From the NCBI RefSeq assembly GCF_036321535.1, contig NC_087437.1:13456001-13520000 (forward strand): DNA of 64,000 nt, read 5' to 3'. The position numbers and the translations under genes were made by a program. Source of the stretch: Camelus dromedarius (taxonomy: Eukaryota). Shown here in pieces: positions 60,271 through 64,000 of the stretch (its first letter is position 1; the number at the start of each line of letters is the position of its first letter). The notes beneath the pieces were generated by a model. That model was not told where the DNA came from, searched no databases, and saw only the letters and a program-made list of their open reading frames with translations.

Positions 60271-63200
60271 AGCTTTTCTGCATAAAATAGTTTTTTGGCT
60301 GAAAGCCAGCTTGTAAATAGCCGATCATTTACAAATGAGGTGGTTTCAAAGTTGACATATTAGAAGAGGAGACAGAGCAGAGTGACTGTGACAGGAGCAG
60401 GGGGGAGCCTGGGTGACCTTGATGTTAATCCAAATCAGTGACCACACCAGGCATGCAAATTAAAACTCAAAGCCCATTTTTACAACAGAGGCTCTTAGCT
60501 AACGCACCATCAGTTAACTAGACGTTTACCTTCTTCTGCTTACTCTGCAAGTGCAACAAACAGTGAGGTAGTCAGAAGGAAGGACGTTAAAAGGTCTTAT
60601 GGGGACATGAAAAATGAGCCATAGAAAAGCAAGAAGTTAAGTGTATAAATTTGAAACATATGGGAGGAGCCCACTGGAGATTGGGCACGAACTGATGATG
60701 TTGGTCATCGTTTAAGACTGTCTACTCTACCAAGTTGTACAAGGGGGCAAGGTACTTGTTCCTGCAATCCGGGCAGCTGCTCCCCCATAGTTAGGGAATC
60801 TCCTCTGACGGTCGTCGCATTAGACTGTTCCCCACACAGATATGAGAGAAGGCTGAAAGGTTAATGTAGACATATGCCTAATGTGATTTGTCAATAAAAT
60901 AACTCTCTTTTTTGAAATAGCAATATGCATTCTCTAAGATGTTGAGGGACATAAGTAACAACTTAAAAACATTAGTTTATCTGAGCTATGTGTCTACCTC
61001 TTTCATATTCACTTCGTATTGCTCTTTGGTAGTAAACATTCTTAAATTTGTTTCTGAGACAGAGGCCTGCCTTGAGAAGGTTTTATCACCATGTCTAGTT
61101 CTCCCGTCTTCAACATCCTCATTTCCAACACACATGTGTACACTTACACGCATTTGCACGCACGCACATACACACATACACACGCCCCTCAATCTGAATT
61201 CCAGCATCAAGTTCAAGTGTTTAGCATTTCACTTCCCTGCCTCTATTATTTCTGTTCACCTCCTTTTGGACCCCCAGCTCCACCTTCCATTCCAAATGAT
61301 GAACTCCTCTCTGGAGGTAAATTCTGTATATTTTAGAATCAGCCATTTCTAGGTTGTAATTGGTTCTCCCCTGTGAGCCTCATTTTCCTCATCTGTAAAA
61401 TAAAACTGATATTTCCTGCTTCCCAGGGTTGTCGAGTGCAGATAGAATGTCTGGTGCATAATAGGTATTTAAACAATCAGTTTCTTTTGCCTGTTTCTTC
61501 CTTTTTTTTTTTTAAGCAATGGAGGGTAGACAATGGTAGATATTAATAAGCTTATTGACTGCTTATTATGAATAAAAGAGGATGGATTTTCAGTGCATAG
61601 CAATGGTTCTGAACTTGACACAGTAAAAGCATCTTCTGAGTACACTGGTTAACTAGATTTCGATCCCTTGCCTTCCTACATTCTTGTCTCTGTATTTTTT
61701 CAGAGTGTGCATCCCAGTCCTTTTTGGCCATGCCTTTGTAATGGCACGTCTGACTCTTCAGAAATGTGTTATCACTTGAAGCTGTACAGACCTAATAGCT
61801 GGGAAGATGATGAAAATAATGCAGAATTAAACAAGCAGTTGAATCCAGTAGAGGTTAAAACAGCATGGATTGCAAATGTCCTTAAACAGACAAAAGAATG
61901 AGATGCTGATAGGATTCACCACCCAAGATGGTAGGCGATCTGCCTTGTTTACTGTCTCTGACACAATGATCATTAAAAGTCTGCAAATAAATTGTAATCA
62001 GGGTCCTAGACAGTATCTCTAGTTCTTAGGTAACTTTCACAAGTTGAGAAGGTAATTTCAAAATTGTTTAGATACTATAATTTTTGTTAGCAAATAAGAA
62101 TCTCTTAACATTGAGAAAATTTGGAAATAAATGTAGACATGCTTAAGGGAATTATGGTATTAATATTTTGTATGATATATGTGATTGATATTTTAAGAGT
62201 TTGTGGTATTTAAAATAATTTTGCCTTTGAGAGTAACATATCAGCTTTGTGATTCCAGTGTGAAATGTGTAACAGCAACTGATTTAAATGTGTGACTTGA
62301 GGTTGAAATTTCACTACGCATATATACAATGTGAGACTGCTTAATACAAATTTAAAATTTCTATTTTTTATAAGCTTAATTTCCAGATTTGAAAAGGTGG
62401 TTTAGGTACTTAAGAATATTTTTCGCATGCCAGTTATCTGAAGGTCTTAAAAAAGAAATTTAATGTATTAATTAATTAATTAATGTATTAATACATTAAA
62501 TTTATAAATTGAATTTATAATGTTCAAAAGAGTTTAAAATTTAAAGTTATAAATAGAACAGAATATTAGTCGAAGTCCCTTTAAAACTGAGTGGTATAGA
62601 GTGGTATATTTTGCTAAATTTATAAGTAAAATAAAAAGATATGTAAGTATAACTTAAAATGAGAAAAAACTAGAATATTTAATTAATTTTAATACATTAA
62701 ATATTAATATGAAATAACAATTGGATAATCTTTCTATTAATGTCTTCCTAGGGAACCCCAAATCTTGCCTTAACAGTTCATTAAACTAATTTCTTCAGCC
62801 TTCTTTTGGTGAATATCCCATAAGAACCGGATGTCAGGTCATGTGAGCACTGAAATTAAACAGGAGAATGACTCCAGGTAACTCAGATTTTCACACATAG
62901 CGTTGTCTACAATGGACAAAGTGTAAATACAGTCTCCTCCCTCAGAAATGCCCACTGTCTCAGAGGAATAAAAGAAGATAAGGAGAGGGAAGAAAGAAAA
63001 GAAAAGAAAAAATAACACAAAGTAACAGTAACAGGAAAATTAAACAAACAAACAAAAAAACAAACAAAGCAGAATTCACCAACCTGAACTGAAGTCAGCC
63101 AGTTGGGAAGGCTGAGTCTGAGGTTCGTACCTCAAGCAGAAACCAAAGCATGACTGGGAAGTGCTGTTCCAGCGTGATGAGGAGTGACTGATCCTAATCG

Positions 63201-64000
63201 CTAAGCATCAAGCCATGTCATATGCATTACGAAAAAGAAAACTGGAGTGAGAACAGGAACTACAGAGAAGTGGCAAGTATTCAACATTCACGAGAGTATT
63301 TCAGGAGATATTTCGTTGCTTGGTGCATATACGTTATGTCTGTCCATAGGGAGTGAAAATGACCATCTGTAGTCAGTTACAAGTACCAAAATACAGTGAC
63401 ATGAAAGGTAATTTCAAATAAATCACAGCCTTGTATTATGTGAATACATACAATAAATGCCTTATTTTGAATATATAGAATGGAGTCTACAATTTTATTA
63501 ACGAACACTTAGCTGCTCACCAATAAATGTTAAACAAAAACAAAGAACATCAGTTTGAATGGTGAGCTGAGTTATGGCCTATTGGCTACGTGTCTCAGTC
63601 TAGCCCTCTTATTTAGCCAGGGGTAGAACAGGAAAATATGCTACAGGAAAATATGATACTCAAAACGCATAATAGAGACTATACTCCCCCAAACGAAATC
63701 AACATTTCATTTATTTGGCACCACTGTGATTCCAGAAGCACCCTGCTTTCTCTCCCTCCTTTTCTAGTTAATCCCGCTTTGGTGTTTCCGGTAGCATTTA
63801 ATAATCTAATTTGCTACTAAAGATTACACTGTTTTAAGTTTTCTTCCAGCAGATTTTTATTTTAAGGGAAGAAAGAGAAGGCCCCGAATTTCAGCTATTT
63901 CAAAAACCTATTTCAAGGTGTTTGAACATTTCCATTTTCTGAACTTTGAAGATACACTTTGATCTGGATAGAATATAATCATTTGAAAACACAATTTAAC

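Noticed and set aside
1..64000. Prokaryotic-type systems (CRISPR arrays, operons) and intact tRNA/rRNA/snRNA genes
   Set aside because: The sequence is clearly mammalian. I saw no regularly spaced repeat-spacer array and no recognisable structural RNA gene on either strand.

Overview
Mammalian genomic DNA, probably camelid. That inference rests on a camelid-type SINE tail and L1 3' ends, and on seeing no Alu, B1/B2, Bov-tA/BovB, PRE1 or Can-SINE. The only real protein-coding sequence is the single coding exon of LRRC3B (CDS 8854-9633, + strand). It has a splice acceptor at 8688-8689, five upstream ATGs in the 5' UTR and a poly(A) signal at 9926. The remaining ~54 kb downstream holds no genes, only ancient repeats (MIR, L2, L3, MLT1/MLT2, LTR16, MER hATs) and younger L1 and ERV1 pieces. 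The most notable observations are: (1) a ~150-bp antisense retrocopy of the polyadenylated 3' end of a replication-dependent histone H2A mRNA (stop codon, stem-loop, HDE, AATAAA, poly(A)) sitting inside an ERV1 solo LTR at 15.1 kb; (2) a 5.3-kb composite of an inverted L1 5'UTR/ORF1, a forward L1 ORF2 fragment and a pol-less gammaretrovirus-like ERV; and (3) two MER41-like solo LTRs in the LRRC3B intron. Repeat family names come from recalled consensus sequences, not from a database search, and most boundaries are approximate. Nearly all other ORFs in the supplied track are chance frames.
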